Of a stretch of DNA of 64,000 bases, positions 1 through 13,525 are shown piece after piece. The notes below the pieces were generated by a model. It saw nothing but the letters and a program-made list of their open reading frames with translations. It made no database searches and was not told where the DNA came from. Numbering within the stretch: position 1 is the stretch's first letter; each line of letters begins with the position of its first letter. Source of the DNA: Paraspadella gotoi (lineage: Eukaryota; Animalia; Chaetognatha); NCBI GenBank assembly GCA_051294375.1, contig CM119269.1, forward strand, positions 18,402,471 to 18,466,470, in the 5' to 3' direction. The position numbers and the translations under genes are program-made.

Positions 1-168
1 TTTTATTCCATTTTATTCTTTTTTATTCTTTTTTATTCTTTTTGTTTTATCGTTTTATCAATTTATTCTTTCCCTTTTTCCCTCGCGTCTCGTCAATCCT
101 TCGCACAAAATGGTTGTTTCATTTTCGCTACTTTCTTTGACTTTTACCGTTGCCTTCCCCTCTTTTTA

Positions 169-202
<34 letters not shown>

Positions 203-1168
203 NNNNNNNNNNNNNNNNNNNNNNNNNNNNNNNNNNNNNNNNNNNNNNNNNNNNNNNNNNNNNNNNNNNNNNNNNNNNNNNNNNNNNNNNNNNNNNNNNN
301 NNNNNNNNNNNNNNNNNNNNNNNNNNNNNNNNNNNNNNNNNNNNNNNNNNNNNNNNNNNNNNNNNNNNNNNNNNNNNNNNNNNNNNNNNNNGGAATCTTT
401 TTAGTTGCGCCGCGAGTACTCGCAGAGCAACTCTATTAGTAACTTTTCGGTCTGTCTGTCTGTCTGTCTGTCGGTATGTCTGTCCGTCGGTCTGTCCCAC
501 TTACGTTAAAAATGCATATAATTCGCTCATTTGTTAAGACAGAAACAAGTTTTAGCAAACAATGTCGGATCTGCGGATCTGCGCAACACATTGGAATCAC
601 TGTTCTTGTTTTTGTCCTTGTTAGCTTTTTCGCCTTATTTTACTTTATTTTCTATTTCCTATAAGGCTATATTTGTTTAATTTTTTAAACAGGTATACAA
701 TTTTGTCATCACTTTTTTTATATTCTTTTTTTTTTTCTATTTTACGATCCCTATCCAATTTTTTTTCATTTCTCCATCCATTTCTGTCGATTTTTTTCGC
801 ATCTCCGCCTCAGAAATAGTCGCTTCATTACAGAAGATTTATGACTCGAAATCGTAGATCGCGTGACACGAGCGTCTCAAGAGTGCGTCACGGTTGCGTC
901 ACGCACGTATTACGAACGCGTCTTGAGCTATGCATTCGTAATGCAGAAATTTCATCATCTCCCGAGAAACATGATCTTACCGGCCAACCGTTCCGCCATT
1001 TCTCATCCTATCCTCTCTGATTACGAAAAATGTTTTGCTAATTTTTAAAGTTTCCTTTCATTAACAGGAGGAAAAAAAACAACCGAAAATGGGAAAAGAA
1101 AAAAGTGTGTAAGAACTTAACCGAATGACGAACTGGAGGGACGGGAGAGGGAGAGGGAGAGAGTAGAG

Positions 1169-1218
<50 letters not shown>

Positions 1219-1956
1219 AGAGAGAGAAAGCTCGTTAATGAAAGGAAACTTTAAAAATTAGCAAAACATTTTTCGTAATCAGAGAGGATAGGATGAGAAA
1301 TGGCGGAACGGTTGGCCGGTAAGATCATGTTTCTCGGGAGAATGATGAAATTTCTGCATTACGAATGCATAGCTCAAGACGCGTTCGTAATACGTGCGTG
1401 ACGCAACCGTGACGCACTCTTGAAGACGCTCGTGTCACGCGATCTACGATTTCGAGTCATAAATCTTCTGTAATGAAGCGACTATTTCTGAGGGCGGAGA
1501 TGCGAAAAAATCGACAGAAATGGATGGAGAAATGAAAAAAATTGGATAGGGATCGTAAATAGAAAAAAAAAAAGAATATAAAAAAAGTGATGACAAAATT
1601 GTATTACCTGTTTAAAAAATTAAACAAATATAGCCTTATAGGAAATAGAAATAAAGTAAAATAAGGCGAAAAAGCTAACAAGGACAAAACAAGAACAGTG
1701 ATTCCAAATGTGTTGCGCAGATGCGCAGATCGACAGTTGTTTGCTAAAACTTGTTTCTGGTTTAACAAATGAGCGAATTAATATGCATTTTTAACGTAAG
1801 TGGGACAGACCGACGGACAGACATACCGACAGACAGACAGACAGACAGACCGAAAAGTTACTAATAGAGTTGCTCTGCGAGTACTCGCGGCGCACTAAAA
1901 AAGATTCCTGAGTGGTTGTGAAGAAGTCGGTAAAAACATAAAGAAAAAGGACGAAT

Positions 1957-2035
<79 letters not shown>

Positions 2036-2201
2036 TACAAAAGGAGGGGAAGGCAACGGTAAAGTCAAGAAGTAGCCGAAAATGAAACAACCATTTTGTG
2101 CGAAGGATTGACGAGACGCGAGGAAAAAGGGAAAGAATAATTGAATAAACGATAAAACAAAAAGAATAAAAAAGAATAAAAAAGAATAAAATGGAATAAA
2201 A
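1..2201. repeat. Fold-back inverted repeat, arms 1-1064 and ~1235-2201
   Basis: Direct reverse-complement match with indels. Confidence 0.9.
392..555 (+). mobile_element. Short interspersed element family A (DINE-1/HINE-like). Other copies: ~1740-1908(-), ~7300-7470(-), ~20005-20148, ~34675-34810, ~55193-55305, ~63160-63267(-)
   Basis: Shared TTTTAG...GCGAGTACTCG(C) palindrome, GTCY-type microsatellite and ACGTT..AAATGCATAT end, in at least three unrelated flanks with substitutions. Confidence 0.55.
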
Positions 2202-2838
2202 AAGAATAAAAAAGAAAGGGAAAGGGAAAAGGAAAAAAGTCATCAAACGCGAAAAGTATAAAATAGAGAAAAATATAAAATTAAAAAAAAATGGGAAAAA
2301 AGCGTAGAAAGAGAATCGATTAACAATAAATCGTTGGTTTATTGGAGTCGGGCTGTATTTTGATTAAAGTAAAGTCCCTGAGATAGATCGTGGAATTGCG
2401 TAGAGCATTTTAATACAGCGCGATACAGCAAGCGAAACAAATGAGATTTGACGCGAAATCAATCTAACAAAAAGAGAATCTTTACTGGAGAATGTGAACG
2501 AAAGAAAGAAAGAGAGAGATAAAGGAAGAGACTATGAAAGATGAAATCAATAGTTTAAAAAAAATTGATCTTGAGTAATTAAAATAAAATAGCTTGATCG
2601 ATATAGAGTGTTGATATATATTGAAGAACCGTCACCGAAAAATGATACTTGTCTGTCCGAGTCCCAAAATCTTGCGACATCTTGGGGACGAAAAAGAAAG
2701 AAAAATCGTGACTCGGAATTTTTTTCAAAGGTCAAAATCAGACGAAAAAAATTTTTGGGCTGAAAGAGAAAGGGAAGGAGAAAGACAAATAGGGAACAGA
2801 GGAAAGAGAGAGGGAGAAGAGAGGAGAGAGAGGGAGAA

Positions 2839-2905
<67 letters not shown>

Positions 2906-2910
2906 TAGAG

Positions 2911-2955
<45 letters not shown>

Positions 2956-3266
2956 CAGACAGCGTGCAAACGCAATTTGACAAAATGAAAAAAAACCGAC
3001 AGTCGAAAAGAAAAACAAAAAAACAAAAAAAACAAAAAAACGGAAGGCAAACGGAAATTTGAAACAAATAAAGAAAGACAATTAAAAGAAGAAGAAGGGA
3101 AAAAGAAAAAAAGTAAAACCGGGGAGAAAAAGAAAGAAAAGAGCAGAAAAAAAAAGGAAAAAAGGTTAATGAGGAAGTAAGAATCTGCGGGAGAAAGAAG
3201 AACCAACTAATGTTGGCATATAATGACCGAGAGGAAATTTGAGAGAGGAGAGAGAGAGAGAGAAAG

Positions 3267-3334
<68 letters not shown>

Positions 3335-3431
3335 AGGAGGAAAGAAATAGTGTGATTAGAAAGGGAATAAACAGGACCACAAAAAAAAAATTAGCTGCTA
3401 AAAACCGGAGAAATGAGAATGCAAGAAATTA

Positions 3432-3498
<67 letters not shown>

Positions 3499-3503
3499 CA
3501 GAG

Positions 3504-3567
<64 letters not shown>

Positions 3568-5278
3568 AAATAAACACTGACGGCGACTGCAGAGAAGAAC
3601 ACGTAAACAAAAAACGTTCGGAGCAAAAAAATTTAAACAAACGGAAAATGAAAGTAGAACAAATTTGAATCTTTGACACCAGAAAATTTATGGCATATAA
3701 GAAAGTAAATCAGTTAACTTTGCTAGAAAGTCTTCGACTACTGGAAACTTTTATTTATTTACGTACATTTTCACAAAAGAAAAAAAAATATAGTTTGACG
3801 TTCCAAAAAAATCTTATGACAAATAAATTTGAAGTTTAAGTTGAATACGGAAATATTTGTAACAAAACAATTTTTTGAAGTTTTTTTTTCCCTAAAAATA
3901 TTTCAGATTACGACTTTAAAAATTAAAAAAATAAAGAAATCGGATTCTCTCCGACACGCGTTATTCGAGACGCCAAAAAAAAAATGTTTTTAAAACGCCA
4001 GTGAAAGCGGCGATAGAAGGTTGTTTATGATAACGTTATTATTATTTAAAGGGTTATCAAAGTAACAGTTGTAACTGTTGTTTTAGTTGTTGCTGATCGT
4101 CGGGCGGTTTTTGGTCGTGATTAGAGATTTCTCAAGACTACCTGAAGAAAGAATCTAATTGTATGACAAATGTTATTTAAACATTGTACGAGTACGTCAA
4201 AATAGATGTGGCAATGAGTATGTGATAAAATCAGCAAGGAGCAAGTGAGTGTGAGTAAGGCGAAACGCGGTGACTGTTGACGCGTTCAGATTCTCGAAGG
4301 AGGAGAGAGATCAGAGATGAGACTCTGGTTGGGAAGGCAGGAGGAGGAGGAGGAGGCAGGAGTGGAGGAGGAAACGAAAAAAAAATATTAACAAGACGAG
4401 GAAAAAAGCGAGAAGAAGATGAACGAGGAAATACGACAAAATAAGAAATAGAAGATGAAATGAGAAGAACCATGAAATGAGAACAATTTACGATGATTGA
4501 TGAGTCGGAAAGGGAGAAGTTGAAAGGATAACAAAGGAAAAGAGGAAAGTGATGAATTCGTGATAGGAAGAATATAATGGAGAAGATGACGATAAGGTAA
4601 GAAAAATGGAGAAAGGAATCTTAAAGTTGAACAGAGTAATATAATGATATATTACTTGTAATTAATGAGGAAAAGGGGTTAAAGGTTAGGCTGAGAGAAC
4701 TGAATATAAATAAAATTAAGACGTCATTCAGTCGGCGCTAAAGAAGATTAAAGGAGAACAAAAAGAACATAAAGATTTAGAAGTGAGAAAAGAGGAAAAG
4801 GAGAGAGAATGGAACAAAAAATGGAAGGAAGATCGGAGAAAGACGAACAGAAGAAAAGATAAAAAAAAAGAAAAGAAGAGGAGTATAAGAGGAAATAAAA
4901 GAAGAGAATAAGGAGAAACGTTGACGGCAATAATGAAAATGAAAAGATGAAAAAAAAAACAGAAGAAAATGAAGAGCACGATGAAGAAAAGAAGAAGAAA
5001 AATAAGAAGAAAAAAATATGAGCGACGATGACGAAGAACCCGAGAAAAATGGAGCAGAAGAAGGAAAAAAATCCCTTGAAACCGAGAAAAAAACGCCGAG
5101 GAGAAGAGGAAAAAAGAAAGATGAGGGAGGGAGGAAGTGAGGAAGAGGAGGAGGAGGAGAAGAAAGGAGGAAGAGGAGGAGAAGGAGGCGTAACGCAAAA
5201 GACGCACGGTACGATGCGCGTGAAACGACGTGACAATAGTTTTCCGAAGAAGAAAAAAACAAAGAGGGAGAAAAGGGA

Positions 5279-5336
<58 letters not shown>

Positions 5337-6730
5337 CCCAATAAGATAGACATCGCGAGACAGAGAGGAAGAGCGGTATGACAATAAATAAGGAAATCGT
5401 TCCAGCGCGAAGCCTAAAGGAGACTGGAAGATCTCTTCCTTTTGTTGATCGCTCGTTGAAGCATCGAATGGGAGGGCGCGGCATTTGGTTGCCGGCATTA
5501 GGGACGGCATTGAGCGCACATCGGGTGGGCGCTGACGATAGCGATGGGGGAGAGGGTGAAGAAAGTATGTATTGAAAGGATGTTTGACTTGGATGAGCGA
5601 TTTTGGGTAGAGAACAAAATTGATTTTGTTGAAAATCGTCGAGCGTTACGGATCGTTTATCATAGCGGAAACGGTTTATATAAAGTTGAAAAATTTATTC
5701 ATTGCTTCACTGGCTAAAGTTTAAATCGTTGAATATAACTTGTAATNNNNNNNNNNNNNNNNNNNNNNNNNCTCCTTTTTTTTCGTTCAACTCCGTTTCC
5801 ATATTTTATGTTCTACCTTTCGTCTCGATAATCACTTTTAATTCCTCACATTTTTTTTAATAAATTGTCCTCTTCTTATCTTTTCCGCATTTAATGCCCT
5901 TTTTATTAAACCTTTACGTTTTCTCAGAAGGCTTTTTGCTTTATTTAACTTTACGAATTTCTTTTTATTAATCAACTTTCCTTTTCCTCCATCTCTCCTT
6001 CATTTTTTTTTCTTTTCCTCCAATCCATTTCATTCTTTTCTTTTTTCCTCCATTTATTTTCTTCCTTCTCTCTCTACTCTTTTCTCTCCTTTAATCTCTC
6101 TACATCCTTCAACATTCGTCATCGACTCAATTTTTAATTCGCCGTCGCACCAGAAAAAAAAAAGATAATTATTTAAAAATGATTTTCAAAACTAATAAAA
6201 AATGAGAGAGAATAGGAAATAGTTTTTTTTTGGGTGATGGGGAGGGGGGGGGTGTGGGTGCGACGGCGAATTAAAAATTGAGTCGATGACGAATGTTGAA
6301 GGATGTAGAGAGATTAAAGGAGAGAAAAGAGTAGAGAGAGAAGGAAGAAAATAAATGGAGAAAAAAAGAAAAGATGAAATGGATTGGAGAAAGAAAAAAA
6401 ATAGATGAGAGATGGAGGAAAAGGAAAGTTGATTAATAAAAAGAAATTCGTAAAGTTAAATAAAAGCAAAAAGCTTCTGAGAAAACGTAAAGGTTTATAA
6501 AAAGGGCATTAAATGCGGAAAAGATAAGAAGAGGCACAATTTATTAAAAAAAATGTGAGGATTAAAAGTGATTATCGAGACGAAAGGTAGAACATAAAAT
6601 ATGGAAACGGAGTTGAACGAAAAAAAAAGGAGGAAAAAAAACAACCGAAAATGGGAAAAGAAAAAAGTGTGTAAGAACTTAACCGAATGACGAACTGGAG
6701 GGACGGGAGAGGGAGAGGGAGAGAGTAGAG

Positions 6731-6780
<50 letters not shown>

Positions 6781-7518
6781 AGAGAGAGAAAGCTCGTTAA
6801 TGAAAGGAAACTTTAAAAATTAGCAAAACATTTTTCGTAATCAGAGAGGATAGGATGAGAAATGGCGGAACGGTTGGCCGGTAAGATCATGTTTCTCGGG
6901 AGAATGATGAAATTTCTGCATTACGAATGCATAGCTCAAGACGCGTTCGTAATACGTGCGTGACGCAACCGTGACGCACTCTTGAAGACGCTCGTGTCAC
7001 GCGATCTACGATTTCGAGTCATAAATCTTCTGTAATGAAGCGACTATTTCTGAGGGCGGAGATGCGAAAAAATCGACAGAAATGGATGGAGAAATGAAAA
7101 AAATTGGATAGGGATCGTAAATAGAAAAAAAAAAAGAATATAAAAAAAGTGATGACAAAATTGTATTACCTGTTTAAAAAATTAAACAAATATAGCCTTA
7201 TAGGAAATAGAAATAAAGTAAAATAAGGCGAAAAAGCTAACAAGGACAAAACAAGAACAGTGATTCCAAATGTGTTGCGCAGATGCGCAGATCGACAGTT
7301 GTTTGCTAAAACTTGTTTCTGGTTTAACAAATGAGCGAATTAATATGCATTTTTAACGTAAGTGGGACAGACCGACGGACAGACATACCGACAGACAGAC
7401 AGACAGACAGACCGAAAAGTTACTAATAGAGTTGCTCTGCGAGTACTCGCGGCGCACTAAAAAAGATTCCTGAGTGGTTGTGAAGAAGTCGGTAAAAACA
7501 TAAAGAAAAAGGACGAAT

Positions 7519-7597
<79 letters not shown>

Positions 7598-8400
7598 TAC
7601 AAAAGGAGGGGAAGGCAACGGTAAAGTCAAGAAGTAGCCGAAAATGAAACAACCATTTTGTGCGAAGGATTGACGAGACGCGAGGAAAAAGGGAAAGAAT
7701 AATTGAATAAACGATAAAACAAAAAGAATAAAAAAGAATAAAAAAGAATAAAATGGAATAAAAAAGAATAAAAAAGAAAGGGAAAGGGAAAAGGAAAAAA
7801 GTCATCAAACGCGAAAAGTATAAAATAGAGAAAAATATAAAATTAAAAAAAAATGGGAAAAAAGCGTAGAAAGAGAATCGATTAACAATAAATCGTTGGT
7901 TTATTGGAGTCGGGCTGTATTTTGATTAAAGTAAAGTCCCTGAGATAGATCGTGGAATTGCGTAGAGCATTTTAATACAGCGCGATACAGCAAGCGAAAC
8001 AAATGAGATTTGACGCGAAATCAATCTAACAAAAAGAGAATCTTTACTGGAGAATGTGAACGAAAGAAAGAAAGAGAGAGATAAAGGAAGAGACTATGAA
8101 AGATGAAATCAATAGTTTAAAAAAAATTGATCTTGAGTAATTAAAATAAAATAGCTTGATCGATATAGAGTGTTGATATATATTGAAGAACCGTCACCGA
8201 AAAATGATACTTGTCTGTCCGAGTCCCAAAATCTTGCGACATCTTGGGGACGAAAAAGAAAGAAAAATCGTGACTCGGAATTTTTTTCAAAGGTCAAAAT
8301 CAGACGAAAAAAATTTTTGGGCTGAAAGAGAAAGGGAAGGAGAAAGACAAATAGGGAACAGAGGAAAGAGAGAGGGAGAAGAGAGGAGAGAGAGGGAGAA

Positions 8401-8467
<67 letters not shown>

Positions 8468-8472
8468 TAGAG

Positions 8473-8517
<45 letters not shown>

Positions 8518-8828
8518 CAGACAGCGTGCAAACGCAATTTGACAAAATGAAAAAAAACCGACAGTCGAAAAGAAAAACAAAAAAACAAAAAAAACAAAAA
8601 AACGGAAGGCAAACGGAAATTTGAAACAAATAAAGAAAGACAATTAAAAGAAGAAGAAGGGAAAAAGAAAAAAAGTAAAACCGGGGAGAAAAAGAAAGAA
8701 AAGAGCAGAAAAAAAAAGGAAAAAAGGTTAATGAGGAAGTAAGAATCTGCGGGAGAAAGAAGAACCAACTAATGTTGGCATATAATGACCGAGAGGAAAT
8801 TTGAGAGAGGAGAGAGAGAGAGAGAAAG

Positions 8829-8896
<68 letters not shown>

Positions 8897-8993
8897 AGGA
8901 GGAAAGAAATAGTGTGATTAGAAAGGGAATAAACAGGACCACAAAAAAAAAATTAGCTGCTAAAAACCGGAGAAATGAGAATGCAAGAAATTA

Positions 8994-9060
<67 letters not shown>

Positions 9061-9065
9061 CAGAG

Positions 9066-9129
<64 letters not shown>

Positions 9130-10840
9130 AAATAAACACTGACGGCGACTGCAGAGAAGAACACGTAAACAAAAAACGTTCGGAGCAAAAAAATTTAAAC
9201 AAACGGAAAATGAAAGTAGAACAAATTTGAATCTTTGACACCAGAAAATTTATGGCATATAAGAAAGTAAATCAGTTAACTTTGCTAGAAAGTCTTCGAC
9301 TACTGGAAACTTTTATTTATTTACGTACATTTTCACAAAAGAAAAAAAAATATAGTTTGACGTTCCAAAAAAATCTTATGACAAATAAATTTGAAGTTTA
9401 AGTTGAATACGGAAATATTTGTAACAAAACAATTTTTTGAAGTTTTTTTTTCCCTAAAAATATTTCAGATTACGACTTTAAAAATTAAAAAAATAAAGAA
9501 ATCGGATTCTCTCCGACACGCGTTATTCGAGACGCCAAAAAAAAAATGTTTTTAAAACGCCAGTGAAAGCGGCGATAGAAGGTTGTTTATGATAACGTTA
9601 TTATTATTTAAAGGGTTATCAAAGTAACAGTTGTAACTGTTGTTTTAGTTGTTGCTGATCGTCGGGCGGTTTTTGGTCGTGATTAGAGATTTCTCAAGAC
9701 TACCTGAAGAAAGAATCTAATTGTATGACAAATGTTATTTAAACATTGTACGAGTACGTCAAAATAGATGTGGCAATGAGTATGTGATAAAATCAGCAAG
9801 GAGCAAGTGAGTGTGAGTAAGGCGAAACGCGGTGACTGTTGACGCGTTCAGATTCTCGAAGGAGGAGAGAGATCAGAGATGAGACTCTGGTTGGGAAGGC
9901 AGGAGGAGGAGGAGGAGGCAGGAGTGGAGGAGGAAACGAAAAAAAAATATTAACAAGACGAGGAAAAAAGCGAGAAGAAGATGAACGAGGAAATACGACA
10001 AAATAAGAAATAGAAGATGAAATGAGAAGAACCATGAAATGAGAACAATTTACGATGATTGATGAGTCGGAAAGGGAGAAGTTGAAAGGATAACAAAGGA
10101 AAAGAGGAAAGTGATGAATTCGTGATAGGAAGAATATAATGGAGAAGATGACGATAAGGTAAGAAAAATGGAGAAAGGAATCTTAAAGTTGAACAGAGTA
10201 ATATAATGATATATTACTTGTAATTAATGAGGAAAAGGGGTTAAAGGTTAGGCTGAGAGAACTGAATATAAATAAAATTAAGACGTCATTCAGTCGGCGC
10301 TAAAGAAGATTAAAGGAGAACAAAAAGAACATAAAGATTTAGAAGTGAGAAAAGAGGAAAAGGAGAGAGAATGGAACAAAAAATGGAAGGAAGATCGGAG
10401 AAAGACGAACAGAAGAAAAGATAAAAAAAAAGAAAAGAAGAGGAGTATAAGAGGAAATAAAAGAAGAGAATAAGGAGAAACGTTGACGGCAATAATGAAA
10501 ATGAAAAGATGAAAAAAAAAACAGAAGAAAATGAAGAGCACGATGAAGAAAAGAAGAAGAAAAATAAGAAGAAAAAAATATGAGCGACGATGACGAAGAA
10601 CCCGAGAAAAATGGAGCAGAAGAAGGAAAAAAATCCCTTGAAACCGAGAAAAAAACGCCGAGGAGAAGAGGAAAAAAGAAAGATGAGGGAGGGAGGAAGT
10701 GAGGAAGAGGAGGAGGAGGAGAAGAAAGGAGGAAGAGGAGGAGAAGGAGGCGTAACGCAAAAGACGCACGGTACGATGCGCGTGAAACGACGTGACAATA
10801 GTTTTCCGAAGAAGAAAAAAACAAAGAGGGAGAAAAGGGA

Positions 10841-10898
<58 letters not shown>

Positions 10899-11308
10899 CC
10901 CAATAAGATAGACATCGCGAGACAGAGAGGAAGAGCGGTATGACAATAAATAAGGAAATCGTTCCAGCGCGAAGCCTAAAGGAGACTGGAAGATCTCTTC
11001 CTTTTGTTGATCGCTCGTTGAAGCATCGAATGGGAGGGCGCGGCATTTGGTTGCCGGCATTAGGGACGGCATTGAGCGCACATCGGGTGGGCGCTGACGA
11101 TAGCGATGGGGGAGAGGGTGAAGAAAGTATGTATTGAAAGGATGTTTGACTTGGATGAGCGATTTTGGGTAGAGAACAAAATTGATTTTGTTGAAAATCG
11201 TCGAGCGTTACGGATCGTTTATCATAGCGGAAACGGTTTATATAAAGTTGAAAAATTTATTCATTGCTTCACTGGCTAAAGTTTAAATCGTTGAATATAA
11301 CTTGTAAT
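1066..11308 (+). repeat. Apparently exact direct duplication 1066-5746 = 6628-11308 (offset 5562), each copy ending at a 25-N gap
   Basis: All supplied ORFs recur with identical translation at +5562. Confidence 0.95.
5772..6632. repeat. Fold-back inverted repeat, arms ~5772-6149 and ~6259-6632
   Basis: Direct reverse-complement match. Confidence 0.9.
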
Positions 11309-11385
11309 NNNNNNNNNNNNNNNNNNNNNNNNNTTTTTTTTTTGCAGAAATGACTAACGAATTTCGACGGAGACATTTATTCCCT

Positions 11386-11431
11386 TTGATCTCCGCCGCC
11401 ATGATGTCTACTAACAAAAACGTCACGTGAC
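11386..11431 (+). promoter_or_regulatory. Putative proximal promoter elements upstream of PLXDC exon 1 (YY1-like CCGCCAT; palindromic E-box GTCACGTGAC at 11422-11431)
   Basis: Motif matches about 180-220 bp upstream of the ATG; no functional evidence. Confidence 0.3.
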
Positions 11432-11610
11432 AAGAAAAAAAAAGCCTTTTGAAAAATTAGTACCTTTTTTTTTTATTTTCTTACACTTCACCTTTTTTTT
11501 CTTCCGATTTTAAGAGGAAAACAAAAACGAAAGACAAATAAGAAACGATAAGGAAATCGAAGAAAGTAAAAGTCACTGATAAGACGACGACGACGAGGAA
11601 GACGACGACG

Positions 11611-12053
11611 ATGACGACGAAGAAGAAAGCGTCCAAAAAACTCGTCCCCGCTCTCCCTTCCTCGCGACATCGCCCTTCGATCCTCTTCCCCCAAATTCGC
11701 CCCCCTCTTCCTCTTCATCCCCTCCTCCTCCCCCTCCTCCTCCTCCTCCTCCTCCCCTTCGTCTCTCCAGTTTCCGGCGGCGACAGATTTTTGTACCGTT
11801 CCATCGACGACGCCGCCGACGCCGCCCCCGCGACGCCGCTTTCTCTCAATTTCGAATTCCGGCGCCACCGGCGTCACCGGCGCGCTGAACCTTTCGACGG
11901 AACCGAGAAGATTCTCCAAGAGGAGAACGAGCGCGCCGCGGCGGAGATTGACGCGGGGGAGAGACGAATGGCGCCGGGGATGAGGGCCGAGGCGGCGCCG
12001 GAGCCGAGGATACAAACGACGCCGGCGTCGCCGAGAAAGTACGAGGACGTGGG
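11611..12053 (+). CDS. PLXDC: PLXDC-family gene, exon 1 (signal peptide LLLPLLLLLLLPFVSPVSG, polybasic RRHRRHRR site)
   Basis: Clean ATG-initiated ORF with a hydrophobic signal-like stretch, ending at a consensus donor GG|GTAAGT (phase 2) that matches the phase-2 start of exon 2. Assignment to PLXDC rests on phase and position, not on homology. Confidence 0.7.
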
Positions 12054-12214
12054 GTAAGTTTAAGTCGTGATTCGACGAAGGAAGGACGATGATAAGATAG
12101 AGAAGGTGAGCGTCGGTTGGGTCAGTGACTCAGCTGGGTAAGTTCATTAATGCGCTTCGTCAGGTGAAGGCGGAGAGAGAGTGAGTAAATTGCAGCTGGG
12201 ATGTAATTAATTAT

Positions 12215-12317
<103 letters not shown>

Positions 12318-12613
12318 TTCCCGTCTTAACGAGATAATTGCGCGATAATAGCGACGCTTTATTTCCGATTTTTTCCAGTTGAACTCACAGTTCGATGTTC
12401 TTTTTTTTCGTTGTCGTCGTCGTCGTCGTCGTCGTTTTCGTCCTCGTCGTCGACATTTACTTCAGCGTCGTCATAAATCGTCATTTTCTTTGTCGTTATT
12501 CCGATGCATCATTGCATTCAGTGTTATCTCCGTGGCTTGGCAGTTTCAGCGGGAAAATAACTTCCAAGCAAGGTTCGTAAATAATAAAATAATAAATAAA
12601 TAATATAATCTAG

Positions 12614-12790
12614 GAGTGAATAAACGAGACTGTGAGAGAGTCTTGATTGAAAGCTTGAAGGGACCCGCTATGTCATTATCTTGTGAGAGTGTTGGAGACC
12701 TTAAACCATCAAAGCCTGTCCAAAGTCGGGGGCAAAATAGCTTGTTTATTAAATGAATGGATAATTTTTATATTGGTTGTACCAATTTCA
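12614..12790 (+). mobile_element. Short interspersed element family B (~180 bp). Other copies: ~40625-40712(-), ~49363-49515(-), ~50870-51015(-), ~51541-51658(+), ~59228-59302(-)
   Basis: Shared GAGTGAATAAACGAGACTGTGAGAG.GTCTTGATTGAAAGCTTG and ATAGCTT.TTTATT.AAT...TATATTGGTTGTAC in different flanks. Confidence 0.65.
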
Positions 12791-12801
12791 TATAACGCAT
12801 A

Positions 12802-12892
12802 ATATCGTCTTCTTAATCGTCGTCGTCGCCGTCGTCGTTAGATATCGTCTTCTTAATCGTCGTCGTCGCCGTCGTCGTTAGATATCGTCTTC
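12802..12892 (+). repeat. 40-bp tandem repeat, about 2.3 units
   Basis: ATATCGTCTTCTTAATCGTCGTCGTCGCCGTCGTCGTTAG repeated head to tail. Confidence 0.85.
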
Positions 12893-13073
12893 ATCGTAAT
12901 TTAAGCTTTAAGTTTGTTCACTTTGTTTCTGTTTGTCGTCGTCGTCGTCGTCGTCGTTGTCGTCGCTTCATTCTGTCGTTTCTCATTCATTTCTTATCTT
13001 GACAAAGAAATTTAGATGAGTGACATCTTTTTGTTAATTGCGTTTCTGCCGACGAAAAATCTCCCGAGAAGAC

Positions 13074-13483
13074 TTTAGCCAGTGAAGCATGAATAAATTT
13101 TTCACTTATATTAAACCGTTTCGGCTATTGATAAACGATCCGTAACGTCCGCGATTTCAAACAAAATCAAATTTTGTCTCTACCAAAATTCCTCAATCCA
13201 GTCAAACATCCTTTCAATATACTTTGCTTCACCCTACTCCCCATCGCGTATTGTCAAGCGCCCCTACCCTGATGCCGCGCGCTCCCATGCCGTTCGCCAA
13301 TGCCGCACCAATGCCGCGCCTCGCATTCGATGCTTCAACGAGCGATCAACAAAGGAAAGAGATTTCAGTCATCCCTTAGCTTCGCGCTGGAACATTTCTT
13401 ATTATTTATTGTCTTACTCGCTCTTCCTCTCTGATCTCGCGATGTCTATCTTATTGGGCCTCTCTCTCTCTCTCTCTCTTCTC

Positions 13484-13525
<42 letters not shown>

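Noticed and set aside
12802-12892. CRISPR-like array
   Set aside because: Head-to-tail 40-bp units without unique spacers, no cas genes, and a eukaryotic intron context.
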